Positions 39,401 to 52,379 of a stretch of DNA of 64,000 bases are shown here, piece after piece. The notes under the pieces were generated by a model. It saw only the letters and a program-made list of their open reading frames with translations, was not told the origin of the DNA and made no database searches. This stretch comes from the human T2T-CHM13v2.0 reference genome, Homo sapiens. The stretch lies in the NCBI RefSeq assembly GCF_009914755.1, contig NC_060925.1, one strand, 5' to 3'. Position 1 is the stretch's first letter, and every line of letters starts with the position of its first letter. Position numbers and translations under genes: made by a program.

Positions 39401-40050
39401 TTTTTGTTTGCTTTGTCAAAGATTAGTTGGCTGTAAGTATTTGGGTTTATTTCTGGGTTTTTATTTCTGGGTTCTTTATTCTGTTCAATTGGTCTATGTG
39501 CCTATTTTTATACCAGTACCATGCTGTTTTGGTGACCATGGCCTTATAGTATAGTTTAAAATCAGGTAGTGTGATGCCTCCAGGTTTTTTTTTTGTTGTT
39601 GTTGTTGTTGTTGTTTTTGTTTTTCTTTTTTGCCTAGTTTTGCTTTGGCTATGCAGGCTCTTTTTTGGTTTCATATGAATTTTAGAATTGCTTTTTCTAA
39701 CTCTACGAAGAATGGTGGTGGTATTTTGATGGGGAGGTGTTTTAAGGCAACATAAGACTCACAGCTCTCAGACCCGTTCATCCAAATATCTTCATCCTAG
39801 GTCTCAGGGTTTTTTCAGTTTTCCTGTCAGTTCCTATTATCTAAGAAAATAAACCTACTGTGGCTGCACATTCCATGTTCTTTGTATCCCTTGTAATTAC
39901 ACCTTTACAATTAAATTATGATTAGAATTTTGAGCACTCTTTGACCTGTGGCTGCAAAAGATAAGTATCACTTTAATCATTGCTATGGGTACTTTCTTGC
40001 TTTAACCCTATGACCTGACTTAGTAGTTATTTTTCTTTAGAGCATCCATA
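36498..40050 (-). mobile_element. ERVL internal region (ERV3-16A3-like), decayed pol with deletions, interrupted by L1PB
   Basis: ORF 36645-36926 (MKVLVTSPSKQPISTEV...YQLKP) resembles the ERVL pol C-terminus. The minus strand at about 37130-37500 gives RT-like KLN..APIAA and DLNHLDIPQ..LVHYI motifs. Confidence 0.85.
38136..39735 (-). mobile_element. L1PB1-like 5'-truncated LINE-1
   Basis: ORFs 38608-38817, 38839-39294 and 39447-39674 are ORF2p pieces ([26 protein letters not shown]). L1PB-type 3' end ggtgcaggtggtat...gagtaag. Confidence 0.95.
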
Positions 40051-40059
40051 GAAGTTAAT

Positions 40060-40456
40060 AAAATTTAAGGGCAATAGAGGCTAGATTTTGCAGGGATCTC
40101 ATGAAACATGTTCAGATTGTCTCCCAGAATAGTGCATCCAAAAGGGTAAAGAAAGCAAGAACATTTATCCAAAGTTTCCCATTCCCAAATGGTTAATAGT
40201 TTTCTCCAAGGGCATGAGAACCCCTGCACTTCTTAGCTGCCCATATGTTCTAGATAAGTAAGTTGCTTCTGATATTCAAATTTTAGGAGAAGCCAAATAG
40301 CAGAAAGTAAAGATATGTGGAATACACCTTTGATGCAGGACAGTCAGTATGAAGTGAGTTAAAGCCCTCATGGGACTTTCCACTGCAACTGCAGATGAAG
40401 TCAGAGATAAGACCAAAGAGATGCAAGGTGGGGCATCAGAGGTGTCTGATGCCACA
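40060..40456 (-). mobile_element. LTR16-like ERVL LTR (partial 5' LTR)
   Basis: acatttatcc...cccattc...acccctgcacttc...ggtggggcatcagaggtgtctg, collinear with the LTR at 35935-36497. Confidence 0.7.
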
Positions 40457-40469
40457 GGTAAAGCAGTTC

Positions 40470-40760
40470 CACAATTCAAGGACTAAGATCCTTTTGTCAT
40501 CTTACTTTTCATCCTGAAAGTGATGCCCTCACTATAATGTTTAAAAAAAAAATTCTTCCACCACATTTTCATTTAAGCCAGAGGGAAAGGGAAAAAGAAG
40601 AAGAAGGAACATCTTTAAGAGCAAAATTAAAAAGTTGTGCTCACATCCATTGGCCAGAATTTAGTCACATGGTCATAGTTAGTTGCCATATAGGCTGGAA
40701 AATGCAGTCTAGTTATTCTGAGTTGCTGAATACCTGTTACAAAATCAAGGATTCTAGTTA
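40470..40760 (-). mobile_element. MLT1J/K-like LTR fragment (continues after MER20B to about 41580)
   Basis: gctcacatccattggccagaatttagtcacatgg...ggctggaaaatgcagtct. Confidence 0.75.
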
Positions 40761-40767
40761 TATAGAA

Positions 40768-41531
40768 CATTTATTTTCAACTTATTCCCTAGATGGAATT
40801 TTAGAAATGTATGGTGGTTTTTTATTTGACACAGTGACTGACTGGAAGGTTTCCTTGTGTTTTAATTAGCACGTTTAAGGAGGCTGGATGAACTACAATG
40901 TCAAGAATAACCCAGCAGAATAAAGAGTTGTCTTGTATCTACATTTTTAAAAATATCCTGAAGGACATTCAGTTAGGTGGGAAAAAAATGTTTATAATTT
41001 TCTGTGCCTAGAACTTAACTCCATTTCCCATATAAACATATAATCGTTTAATACACACTGAATTTCCTAGGAGTATACCTACTTCCAGGTCCTACTTTTT
41101 TTTAATTAAAAAAATTGTACTTCATTATGTATTATTTTTGTATCTTTAGAGTTGTTCACCATTTCAGCAAAAACCAAAACAAAACTTACAATCTCCAGCA
41201 ATGCTGTCTGTGGTGTTTAAGTCACCAATATAAGGCACTGTGTCAGTCCACATTTGTGTCACATTCATCCTGGTTCATGTGTAGGTATAAGCATCTTACT
41301 ACTTTATTTCATTTTCTATTGTAGGTACGCCTGAGCATTTACGTATTGCATTATATATTATTTAAACTTAATTAATTTAAATAAAACTTTTTTCTCTTTT
41401 TTATATTTAAGATAATTTTAAAGTACTTATAAAGTATTTGTATATTTATAAATTTCAGGATAGTAAAGAGAGCTTTGTAAAATATTCAGTGTAAAATGGA
41501 GTGCTTAGTCAAATAAGGTTAAAAACCTCTA
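40768..41531 (+). mobile_element. MER20B (hAT-Charlie)
   Basis: gtttataattttctgtgcctagaacttaactcc, agagttgttcaccatttc, tttcaggatagtaaag. Decayed TSD atatagaa/ctgtagaa. Confidence 0.85.
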
Positions 41532-42424
41532 CTGTAGAAGAAAAAAAAAGAAACTGAGGGACAATGAATTACTTCTTCCAAAAGGAGCATGACAAGTCAA
41601 ACTAGGGAGACAAAAATTATGGGTGAATTTAAAAATCATAAAATATGTACCAGTAGAAGCTAGGATACAGAAAAAGTATACAGTAAGTATACAAGAAGTC
41701 AGTTGTTTGTACAAAAATAATGAAGTTGATACATGGAAAGTAGTCCAGCCTTGTCCAAAGTGGAACACCACAGGGTACCCTCTTGAAGTCCTGCTGCTGT
41801 TGTCTATGAGGATGCCTGAATCCAAATTGATTCCCAGGTCCAGTTTTCCTATGGGCCAGCTATATTCGAATTCCCACTTTTCATAATAGCTAACCCTACA
41901 AATCTAATTTGTTTTCTGCTCCTACTGCCTGCTACTTCAGCTTTCCCTGGGTTCCTTTGGACCTGGGGTTACTCTAGGGTGTCTGCATGCAACCAGCAGA
42001 GCATAACATCAATGAAGACTAAAAAGGAGAAAGAGTGGGAAGGTCCTCCTGTTGGAGAGCCAGAGCCTAGACAGAGTGCTGAAGAAAATGATCAGAATGA
42101 AGAATGAGAGAAAGGAATGTGGTTTGAATTAGTGAGAAAGAAGATGCAATACTGATCTTTCATGCTATTTCTATCTCATTTAAATTTTAATTATTTATAG
42201 TTATTGATTTCTTAGCTCCTCACCCATCCCTCTAGTTTCCTCTACCTCTCTTCTTAGGGTTTACTTATGAAATTCCCCGTTATATTTTACTCCAAATGCC
42301 ACACAATTTCAGAAGTGGAGCTTCTTCTCCTTTCTCTTCAGGCACCCGGGAGGGGTTAATTTAGTTAATTCTGATTACTTGAAACACTGTCTATGCCTGG
42401 ATGTTCCAAAGATATGGAATCTGG

Positions 42425-43410
42425 ATCATTTATTCTCTTATCAAATCTCTACTGTGTGCTAAAAAACTGTTTTGATAAGCAAAATAGAAAGAAGCATACA
42501 TCTCAGTCCTTCACTTCAGATGGCTCATAGTGGAGAAGAGACAGATATTCTGATCAAGTTTTGCCATTAAAATACAAATTATATATTACAAGGTACTACA
42601 GGATCACAGGTAAAAGTGGTACTGCTAACTTTGCCTGGAAGAACTGGACAAAAAGAAAGCATTTGGAATAAATTTATATTATGAGCCACAGTTTACAAGA
42701 TAAAGAGAAAATTTTAAAAAATGCATAGAACAAGAGACATGGAATAAAAATATTGTCTATACTTAGGTGTGGCAAATTAATAAATGAACTTAGAGTATCT
42801 GAGGGTAGATGGGAGAGGGCACCAGAATGGAAAGAATTGAGGGCATGAAAAGGAAGGTTGATATAAAGCTAGGGTAAGACAGTCACTATATTCTTGGCTA
42901 AGAAGTTTGAACTTCATACGTTTATTCATCCATTGTTTGTTAATAATGGTAACAGCAATGCATATCACTTAAAAGGGTCATTAAATGCTAGGCCCTTTGT
43001 TAAGTAATATTATAATTTTCCTAGTAATCTAAGCAATATACTCAAAACTGGTGAGTTTCAGGTGCCAATATGATATTTACATGGAAGTAACTATCTGGCA
43101 GTTGGAAGTATGAAGCTAGGGCAATGGAGTGAGATCAGAGCTAACTGTTGAGACTGGCAAGCTATTGGCATCTGGGTCCTGGTTGAAGTTATCGCAAGCC
43201 AAAAAGAAGGCAAAGGAAAATGCCAGTAGAGCATGAGTAGACGAAGAAGCCACCATGAAATAAATTAGAAGTAGTTGTAAAGAAAGAATCAGGATGAATG
43301 GGGTTCCAAAGCTAAAATACGAAAGATATTAAGAAGGAAGCCCTTACTAAGCCCATACTCTGCTGAGAAACTTAGTAAGTCGAGATTAAAATATATCCAC
43401 TGCATATGGA
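42425..43410 (-). mobile_element. L2 fragments
   Basis: atctggcagttggaagtatgaagctag...gagatcagagct...atccactgcat are reverse L2 body motifs. Confidence 0.65.
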
Positions 43411-43639
43411 CACTTTACCCTTTCCTTCATCCAGAAATTAGCTGAAAATTTTAGGAGAAACTCAAATCCAGAAAGCCTATGGATACTAAGTCTAGCCTGA
43501 AAATATCTCTTTATAGAGATCAGGACCAATGCTCTGAAAATATTTCCAAATCCCATATTTAAAGAAAATTTTCCCCAAGTGTGGGTTGATGCACCCTAGG
43601 ATTTGGAGGTGTCATAACAAAATTACTGCATTTTTGAAT

Positions 43640-43870
43640 TTTGCACTAATAGAAAAAACTTGGATCAGAAAACAGCTTTATCACTGAAATGAGTAGAGTG
43701 GTCATTGGAAATTACTTGTCTTTCTGAGCCTCAGTTTCCTCACCCATAAAAGAGGGGAAAATATACCAATATCGTAAGGTTGTAGGTGAGGATGTAATGA
43801 GATAATTGGATGTAAAGCACTTAATCTGGTATGTAGTGGGGGCTCAATAAATAATAGCTACTATTATTAT
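43640..43870 (+). mobile_element. MIR
   Basis: tctgagcctcagtttcctcacccataaaa...gatgtaaagcactt...gctcaataaataatagcta. Confidence 0.85.
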
Positions 43871-45932
43871 GCTGGGCTGCTATGTGATGAGAACCCTGCC
43901 ATTGCCTGACTTTTCATTAACCATGCAACACTAGGGAGTTTTTGGCAGCAACCACAAAGCAGTTTGTTGGCACACAACCTTTCAATTATCTGCACTACTG
44001 ATCCCCTCCATTAGCATGGATAAGAGAAAGTGTACAGCACAGATAAGCCAGAGGGAGGAAGGAAAAAAACAGTGCAGCCATATATCTATATAAATCCCTA
44101 TTAGGATTTAGGAGCAGTTCCTCATGGCTACAGATTTATATCTTCAAAGAGAGGAATCCAAGTTCTTCTTTATATGAGTTCTTTAACTTGACCTTAATGA
44201 ATGTTAGCTCTTCTTTGTTGTTGCTTTATTTTTACAAAACAAATATCCATTTAAGAAATTATACCAGGAGGTTTTTTTCTATGTGTTGTAATGTTTTATC
44301 TCTGATTCTTTTTCCAATGTTGTGCCTCTCCTTAGCCATGGTAAGAATGATTCAACTTATTTGTGAGTCAATGGAACAATAATAAAAGTCCCACCTTATC
44401 TATCACTGAACTCTTAGGTTTTGAAATACAGATACAACTTTTTTTTTTTTCTTCCACAAGGCTAAAGAGGTTTTACTTAAAGATGATATAAATTTATAGG
44501 TTTTATTTTTGGCCACTGGAGGGCTCTCATATTTTTCCACTAATGAAATAGAAGCATGACTAAAAACTGAAAATGTAAGATAAATGTTTAAAGTGAGTGA
44601 TCTTATGGTTTGTGCCAAAAACTAGATGAGATGAAATTTAGGGACAAGCGACTCTGATGCTTTAGAGCAGTGATTTGGATACTTAGGGCAGTTGCTGAGT
44701 CACTACCAGTAACTTTCAATGGAGGTCCTGAGAAATGACAAGGATAACTAATCCTTTTTTGGAAGGCCTCCTTTTCGTCTTATTCCTAAACTCTATTTAC
44801 CACCAGAATCTCTCCTTATCAATGACTTTCCCTAATCATTATACCATATTTGTGCCCCCTGGCCTCTCTTATGAACTCTAGCAGTAATCCTCCTACATAG
44901 CCTTTGGTGCTGATCTGTGTTTCTGGATCTGCTCGGGTCAATCATATAGTGCTGTATACTTGTGTTGTGATGTCAGACTTTCTAGAAATGGTCAGGTTTG
45001 TACACAAAGGAAGGCAGTCAGCAGTTTGGATTACAGTGACCACATGGATATAGTGATCTTAGGTCTGATCTCAACTGTTGTGGATACTCAACAAATAGGT
45101 AAGAATTGCTGCAGGTATTTTTGGAAATAGTAATATTCCATCGGAAAAGCAATATAATTGTCTATTTGACCTCCTATAGGAGGTCTACCTGGCCTGAAAC
45201 AGTACTCCCAAGCAGCAGCTACAGGTGGGGACAAAGTCTGGCTCTTTGGTGAAACATGTGGGAAGACCCATGGCATCATCATTCAAGCAAGCTAGGGTGT
45301 CAGGGGAGGGTTGAACAAGTAAATCATGATGGAAAGGTTTAAGATATGCAAACATCTTGGGTGTTAGTGGAGAAAGCTTCAGCTTAGAAGATACACAAGT
45401 ATCCAGAGATTCACCTGTGATGATCAAATACCCAGCCTGGAGCAACATGAGTAATTCCAGATCCCACCTGTGGGAACAAGCTACTGAATTCATTGTTAGT
45501 GTACTATAGGCCAAAGTCTACAGGAACTATTAGAAATTATAGGCCAAAAGTCTCCAAAACCAGCATTTGAGGAGAGTTGGCACAGGTAGTCTGAAAGTCC
45601 TCCCTGGTGACTAGGCTTTTTTTTTTTCTGTTTTTCTTTCTTTATTTCTTTTTTAAAGATATCGTGAATTCAATCTCTTGAGAGTCCTGCCTATTTTATT
45701 CTGTCTCACTGACTTTGAACTTTAGTGCATAAATAATACTCATATTGATCCTAGAGTTTCTTTCTGTATGTGATTTTGCTCTTGTTTTTCTTTGCCTATC
45801 AAAGACAAGATTGTTGAAATGTTCCATTCTTTATGTGTAAAGTTTAACTCTTTCATAACCCCTTCTACTTCACTTAAAAATAGACACTATGATCATTATC
45901 AGTCTCTAGAGTATATACTGAAGTAGGTTTTT

Positions 45933-46342
45933 TAAAATTTGTATTTTGTTTTTAATTGATACATAATAATTGTACATACTTACAGGGTACAGTATGATGT
46001 TTATAATACCTATATACATTGTATAATGATAAAATCAGTATCATTAGTATGTCTATCACTTCAAACATTAACAATTTATTCATGGTAAGAGTATTCAAAA
46101 TCTTCTCTTCTAGCTATTTTGGATTATACAATGCATTATTGTTAACTATAGTCACCCTACTGTGCAAAAAACCATCAGAACATATTTCTCTTATGTAACT
46201 ATAACTTCCTACCCATTGAGTAACCTCTTCTTATCATCCCCCCATTCCTCACCCTCCAACCTCTGGTAATCACTATTCTACTCTCTACTTCTATAAGATC
46301 AACTTTTTTAGATTTCACATAGGAGTGAGATCATGCAGTATC
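45933..46342 (-). mobile_element. L1MA-like 3' end
   Basis: aattgatacataataattgtacata...ttcaaaatcttctcttctagctatttt...aactatagtcaccctactgtgc...gtgagatcatgcagtat. Confidence 0.9.
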
Positions 46343-46379
46343 TACCCTAGAAGTGGTTTCTTTAAAGTTGCCTTTCATT

Positions 46380-46570
46380 AGTTAATAATAATAATGTATC
46401 AGTATTGGACTATTCATTGTGACAAACATATCATAGTAGTGTAAGATATGCAAGATGAAAATAATAGAGAAAACTGGTATGTGCAGGGGGAATGTATATG
46501 AACTCTCTGTAATATCTCCTCATTTTTTTTTTTGGTAAGTCGAAAATTTTCAAAATAGAAATAATTAAAG
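46380..46570 (+). mobile_element. L1MD/MC-like 3' end
   Basis: taatgtatcagtattgg...tgtaagat...aataatagagaaaactgg...aactctctgta. Confidence 0.75.
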
Positions 46571-46899
46571 CAGAAAAAGCAGCTGGCTATTCACTTAATA
46601 TAACCCCAGTCAGTTAGGGCTAAAGGGTGAATCATGTAGGAATCTTGTCAGGGCTGCAGAGATAAGCCCTTAGAGCTTCCTAAGTTCACAGAGGCTGTGT
46701 TGGGCAGCAGTCCTGGGACTAGAGGGATGAACTATTTGGGATATTTGAGATATTTCTATTATTTGGGATATTTCTATTATAAGCCTAGTAGATTCCCATT
46801 TGGATCACTAGCCTCTTCCTGCTGCTGCCTCCCCAAAGACATCATTCTCAGGAAGCACCATCCTGCCCTATTTCACTCCAGAGCCCTGAACTGAAATCA

Positions 46900-47520
46900 G
46901 TTCAAAGCAGCTTCCATTATCCTTGCTTTTTAAATTTCTCATGACTTTATCTCTTGATCCCAGACATGACCTTTTATTTTTACTGGCCTGTCTCTTTGCT
47001 GAATTTTCAACTCTGGCCCAGTTTCTGCTGCTTCATTTCATCCTAACCCTTCTTTGGGCAGAAATATCTACCCCCATATTCCTTTTAGACTGTTGGTTTT
47101 CTGCTTCTTCATTTCATTCTACCTACCCTTTGGCCAGAAATACCTACCCCAATACCCTCTCAAATTGTTAATTTTTGGCAAAAGATTACTTTTAGACTGT
47201 TGGTTTTTTGATGATGATGAATATCACAACACTGTTTAAAGACAAATGACTTTATACTTAAAAGTGGAAGAGTCAGAGCTGGTGCTGAGTTGTTTTTCTT
47301 TTGAGAAACCTCTATTTCTGACACCTCCTCCTCTACTAGGAGCTGAATGTTACCTTGTGTGTCTATGTATTCAGGAACCAATGATGTTGACCCATTAGAT
47401 TTGCCTCCTAATTTGTACCTAACTCTTCCTCTCCACTTCACTATTGAAAATATTTTCAATTACAGCCTAATTTCTTTTTCTTTTGAATTTTTTCTTTGGT
47501 CAATGCCCTATGCATATTAT
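46900..47520 (-). mobile_element. Possible HAL1/L1M ORF1 fragment
   Basis: Minus strand tcaacatcattggttcctgaa near 47370-47392 resembles the ORF1 NI-IIGVPE motif. Confidence 0.35.
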
Positions 47521-47529
47521 TTTTAATTG

Positions 47530-47915
47530 ATATCCAGTTATTCTGGGCACATGAGGGACTTATAATTTCCTACTTCCTTGAAGCTAGGCATGGCCAGGTA
47601 ACTTGCTTCAGCCAATAAAATGTGAATAGAAGGGATACATGTCACTTTCTTGTAGGAACATTTATTTGCCAGTGTATGAGTCTTCTAGCTTCTCTTCTGC
47701 TGTGGTGATCATGGGAACATGTGTTGATATGGAGGTGCCATAAGATCAGAGCAGCCTAGAGTACTGACTCAACACGTGGAGGACAGCTGCCCTGGAGAGT
47801 TGCCCAGACATGCAAGGGAATTTGTATGAATGAGTAAGTTTTGTTGTGTTAAAAAATAATGAAGATTGTGGGAATGTTTTTACTACTGCATAGCCTAGAA
47901 TATCTTGACTATTAT
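47530..47915 (+). mobile_element. MLT1I/J-like solo LTR
   Basis: cttccttgaagctaggcatggcc...gccaataaaatgtg...actgcatagcctag...tgact. Confidence 0.8.
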
Positions 47916-48349
47916 TGTTGAAAAGTAATCTCAAGTGTATAATACATTGTGAGTAATTGATGATATCTGAGGGTATTACCTCTTCCAGAGTATTTCCATT
48001 GTGATAGGTGACCCCAGGGAATAAGATATCTTAACTGAGAGGAATGAACTACCTATGATGGAGTGGAAGACCCTTGGGCAAATTAGAGAAGATGACATTT
48101 TGAGATAAAGCAATCTTTCTTTGTTCTCTAATCATACCATGATGTTGTCTGGCCAGATTCTTTTTCAAATACACATTTTAGGAAGTATAATTTGTGACAA
48201 ATGCAGAAGCTGTGAGATCTAGCCTCTTGTAATACGATGCCTCTTCTAACCCGTTCTGAATACGTGATGTTGTAGGTCACTCATTGGGTCCTCAAAGTAC
48301 CTAGTGTCTAATTTTTACACAGCTTGGAATGTCCTCTTTTGTGATTAAT

Positions 48350-48530
48350 AATAATAATTCCTTTCTATTTTTTTCTGGCTATGATCCAGGCTTTAATATA
48401 TGTTTTTGCTATTCTGTTCAACTACCCTGTGAGGTATTACTTCCAAAGGTACATGGTTATGAAGTGATAGAAGCATGAATTGAACTCAGATCCTCTTGAG
48501 AGTATATGTTCATTTCACCATGAGGTCTTT
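48350..48530 (-). mobile_element. MIR
   Basis: caactaccctgtgaggtatta...ttgaactcagatc. Confidence 0.6.
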
Positions 48531-48659
48531 CTTCTCTCTCCTTAGGTGGAACTCACATTTCTTCCAATTTAAGCTGCACCTCCTCAGTGATGTGGCCCCC
48601 CTAATAGTCCTCTACACAGTGACCCCTCCTCCTTTGGAATCGTTATTGTCATTTGGAAC

Positions 48660-49260
48660 CATAGTAGCTTGTCTCCAAAGATGGCCTTCCAGTAACTCAT
48701 GCTTCCTGATGATCAGGCCCTAAATAGGTTGTCCTTGTGACTTCCATCTTGACCCATAGAATGTGGTGGAAGTAGCATTGGATGACGTCCAAGGTTAGTT
48801 CATAAAAAGCCTTGTGGATTCTTCCTCAGCCTCTAGAAACACTTGCTCTTGGAGCGTATGCTTTGAGGAAATCCAAATGTCATATGAGATGCCTGAGACC
48901 ACCTATCTCAGACTATTGTGGGAGAGACTACTGTGCTGTGAAGAAGTACAAAGTAGCCATGTGAAGATACCATACGGAGAAAGACAGATGCCTAGGTAGC
49001 CCCTAGCTGTGCCAGCCATCCCATCAGAATCACCACACATAAGAGTAAAGGAATCATTGTGGATGTCCAGCCTAGTCAAGCCTGTAGATGATTCCAGTTC
49101 CAGTTGCCATCTGTCAGTAACTGCCTGAGACCCAAGACAAGAACCACCCAGCTTAGCCCAGTAAATCCACAGAATCACGTGTTATCATGATAATAAATTG
49201 TTTTTTTAAGCAACTAAGATTTGGAGTTTATTTTATCACAATAGGTATAATAAGCAGAAA
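48660..49260 (+). mobile_element. MLT1G/H-like solo LTR
   Basis: ccaaagatggcc...atagaatgtggtggaagt...gatgtccagcc...gaaccacccagcttagcccagt...ccacagaatc...aataaattgt. Confidence 0.85.
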
Positions 49261-49289
49261 GTTGCTGTATACTGTCCTCCCTCCCTACC

Positions 49290-50062
49290 TCTGGTACACT
49301 GTAATATCTGTGGACTGCTATTGTATTTTTGAATAATTAATAATTTCTATAATTGATCCATTGGCATCATCTCAGTTGAAGGCTTTCTGGGAGCTTTTCT
49401 TATTCAAGATGAATCCTCTTACTTTCTAGCTTAGTACCTGGAATATGGTAGGACTTCAACAAATGTTTGTTAATTGATTAATAAGCTCCTTGAGGCCAGC
49501 AACTGTTATTTCTACCTTTATATTTCCTATAATGTCTAGCACAGAGTTTTATTGTAGACCTTCAAAGATGTTTGTTAGTAAGGCATATGTCAATCATCAT
49601 GTTCCAACATACTCTAACAAATGATTGATTCCTTTCGTAACGTGTTTCACAAAAATCCCTTCCTTGCTCTATCTCCACACTCTAGGCTTTAGCCTTGTGT
49701 GGCCATACACCTTAATCCATTCATTTAATTGTGCTATTCCCTCTGCTTGGAATGTTCTCCCCACCTCCACCCTGCCCATTCTACTTTGTGAAAACCTATT
49801 CATTCTGCAAAATTCAGCTAAAAGATTGCCTTTCCTTTAAACCTTCCCTTCCCTATTACAACACAACAATAATCTCTTTTCTTGAATTAATGTTACCTGT
49901 TGAGTACTTACCCCATGGCATTTCACTTACCACTTGTCATTGTCTCTCTTAGCCAGTGAGCTTTTCAAGGATGGAGGCTGTAGCTTATTTAACTTTAGCT
50001 TACCAGCACAATAAATGGCACAAAGCAGATGGTCAATAACTGACTATTGGATGAATGAATAC
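49290..50062 (+). mobile_element. Stacked L2 3' fragments
   Basis: Several L2 termini: caacaaatgtttgttaatt, aagctccttgagg, ggtcaataac...ggatgaatgaat. Confidence 0.7.
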
Positions 50063-50776
50063 ATTACAAGGAGAGAACACGCATGTGAGAGATAAGAAAC
50101 AAACATAGTGTTGAGTGCTTTGTCACCGCAAAGTGCTATTAATATACAATTGGCATCAACTCCCCTTGCTGCACCTGCCTATCTCATGCCTTTAATCTTT
50201 CACCACAAAGCCAACCGCCCTTCTTTAATCAATGCTGTTGCCTTTCTCTGAACCCTCTCTAGTTTGTACATTTTTATTTTTTTGGTCCTGAGATGCCTGA
50301 AGCCTCTTCATATTCAGCCCAAAATAGCACTGACCTTTCAGCTGCTATATCACCTGGCAGCTCATATCTAATTTCCTTTTGCAAGAGCCTCACTCACTTG
50401 CTTTAGCATTTCTGCTTTCCAGGTTTCTCTCACTGCTTGCTGTGTTGTTGATTGTGTTTTTCCCTCAGAGAATCTGGTTTCCATTTTTCTCTGGTTTGAA
50501 CTCTACCTGGCTATTTATTCCTTTTCCCTTAGGCATTCAGTGGTGCATAATGTGGGGAGGTTGGGAAATGGGAGCCACTACCCTTTGATGATTTGTCTTC
50601 TGTGGGGGAGCCCACCTAAGACCTAGAAAATAGTGCTGTCCTAGCTCATTCTGCCTGCTCCTCAACAAATTGTTGTCATTAGCTGCTTTTCCAGCCTTCC
50701 CATGGGGTCAGAGGAAGCATTTCATGGGATTGGGATTTTGTTTGTTTATTTTTATCTTTTTGCTTTATTTTGGTTT

Positions 50777-50905
50777 TCCTTCCTTCCTTCCTTCTTTCCC
50801 TCCCTCCCTCTTTCCTTCCTTCCTTCCTTCCTTCTTTCCCTCCTTCTTCATTTCCTCCTGCTCTCTCCCTCTCTGTTTCTCTTTTATGTCTTTCTTTATT
50901 TTTCT
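50777..50905. repeat. (CCTT)n / CT-rich polypyrimidine tract
   Basis: Direct reading. Confidence 0.9.
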
Positions 50906-51344
50906 ATTCGAATCATACACATTCCAGATTACACGAAAATGAACCTAGGTGACATACTAAGGAAATTATTTCTCAGCATTTCTTAGAGGTATCTTTTTCA
51001 AGGCCCAGCCCCAGACTCTAGCCTACATTATTTTCTACAAAATGGTTTTCCATAGAGAAAAATATGAAGGTACGAAGGGGAGAGATGTCACTATCTCCTC
51101 CTTACCTCCTGTGAACTGAAAAAGGCCTTTTCTAATATGGAACTCTGTGTATGTCTCAGGAACTGAAATTGTAACTCAAATTTAAACAAGCAAGGAAACT
51201 ATAAAATTAAACAACATACGTAATTATAAAAATCACTGCTTAAAAAGTATATAGGTTCTAGAATATTCTCTATATTTTTATGCTATTACACTTACCTATA
51301 CAGTTTCTTCAGTTTAGACTAACTTTGCTCATCTTCTTGCTTTA

Positions 51345-51595
51345 TTGAAATTCTACTTATCCTTCAAAACATCATTCAGATGCCACTTCCTCCTTGAAAG
51401 ATCACCTTATCCAACCCAGATGTGAATTCTCTCTCTCCTTCACGTTCCCTCTGCTTTTTGTTTATACTGGTTTTCTAGCTCTTAAGACAGTAAATCTTAT
51501 ATTTGAATTACTTATAGAGGCATTATTTTTTCCCTCTAAACTGTAAACTTCTAGGGGATAGGAAAGCCAACTTATTCATTCCTGTGAGTTCTACC
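51345..51595 (+). mobile_element. L2 fragment
   Basis: ttctacttatccttcaaaac...gccacttcctcc...ctaaactgtaaacttc. Confidence 0.65.
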
Positions 51596-51924
51596 AAGAA
51601 GAACATAAACCGTTTGACATCATGTCCTAGAATAGTTCATTGTATTTTGGCTTTCAGAATGAAAAAAATGTGCACAGATGTTAAGTCCTGCTGAGATTCT
51701 CTGAGGTTTAGGGTCCTCCTAGACCACTGGAGCTTGGAGGTTAGGAAAAGTCCCTCTAGATGCTCTCAAGGTGAACTTAATATGACAAAGTGTTTGCATG
51801 CGTGGTTGGGAGTGGTTCTGAGTAAGGCAAAGGTAGGGGTAGTGGGAGCACAGAAGAGGAGTTTGCTTTTTAATCAGGCAGTAGAATATTTTTCATTGAT
51901 GGGACTTAGTTGTGATCCCTTCTA

Positions 51925-52190
51925 ATAGCAGTATTATAAGTAATTATTTTAACACTTAACGTTTGAGAATTTTTAAATGCCAGGCACTGTGCTAAGTGCT
52001 TTACATAGAATATAAAATACTTAATTCTTATGACAACCCTGAGATAGGTGTTATCATTATTCCTCATCCAATGGATAAGAAAAGTGAGGCCAGAAAGGTT
52101 AAGTAATTTGCCCAAGGTCACACAGCTAGAAAATGGCAGTGGTTGAATTCAAGCCCACATCAGCTGGGGACAGGATCCCTGCTCTTGAGC
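51925..52190 (-). mobile_element. MIR, near full length
   Basis: tgccaggcactgtgctaagtgctttaca...ggttaagtaatttgcccaaggtcacacagctag. Confidence 0.9.
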
Positions 52191-52379
52191 AAGCTATGAG
52201 TTTGTCATTCTCTGAAGGTGAAAATTCCTTTATTTTCCTGGTGTAATAGTTTCTTTACTATGTTCATTAATGAATATCAAAGGTTTTTGAGCATGATGTC
52301 ACATAATAAAAGGATTACAATTTACACTGCCAAATAGAATGGTGACTACTTACTACTATTTATAAATGACTCTTACACT

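Noticed and set aside
45168-45185. Perfect 18-bp palindrome gacctcctataggaggtc
   Set aside because: A 9-bp-arm palindrome is expected about 0.25 times per 64 kb by chance (64000/4^9), so it is not significant alone.
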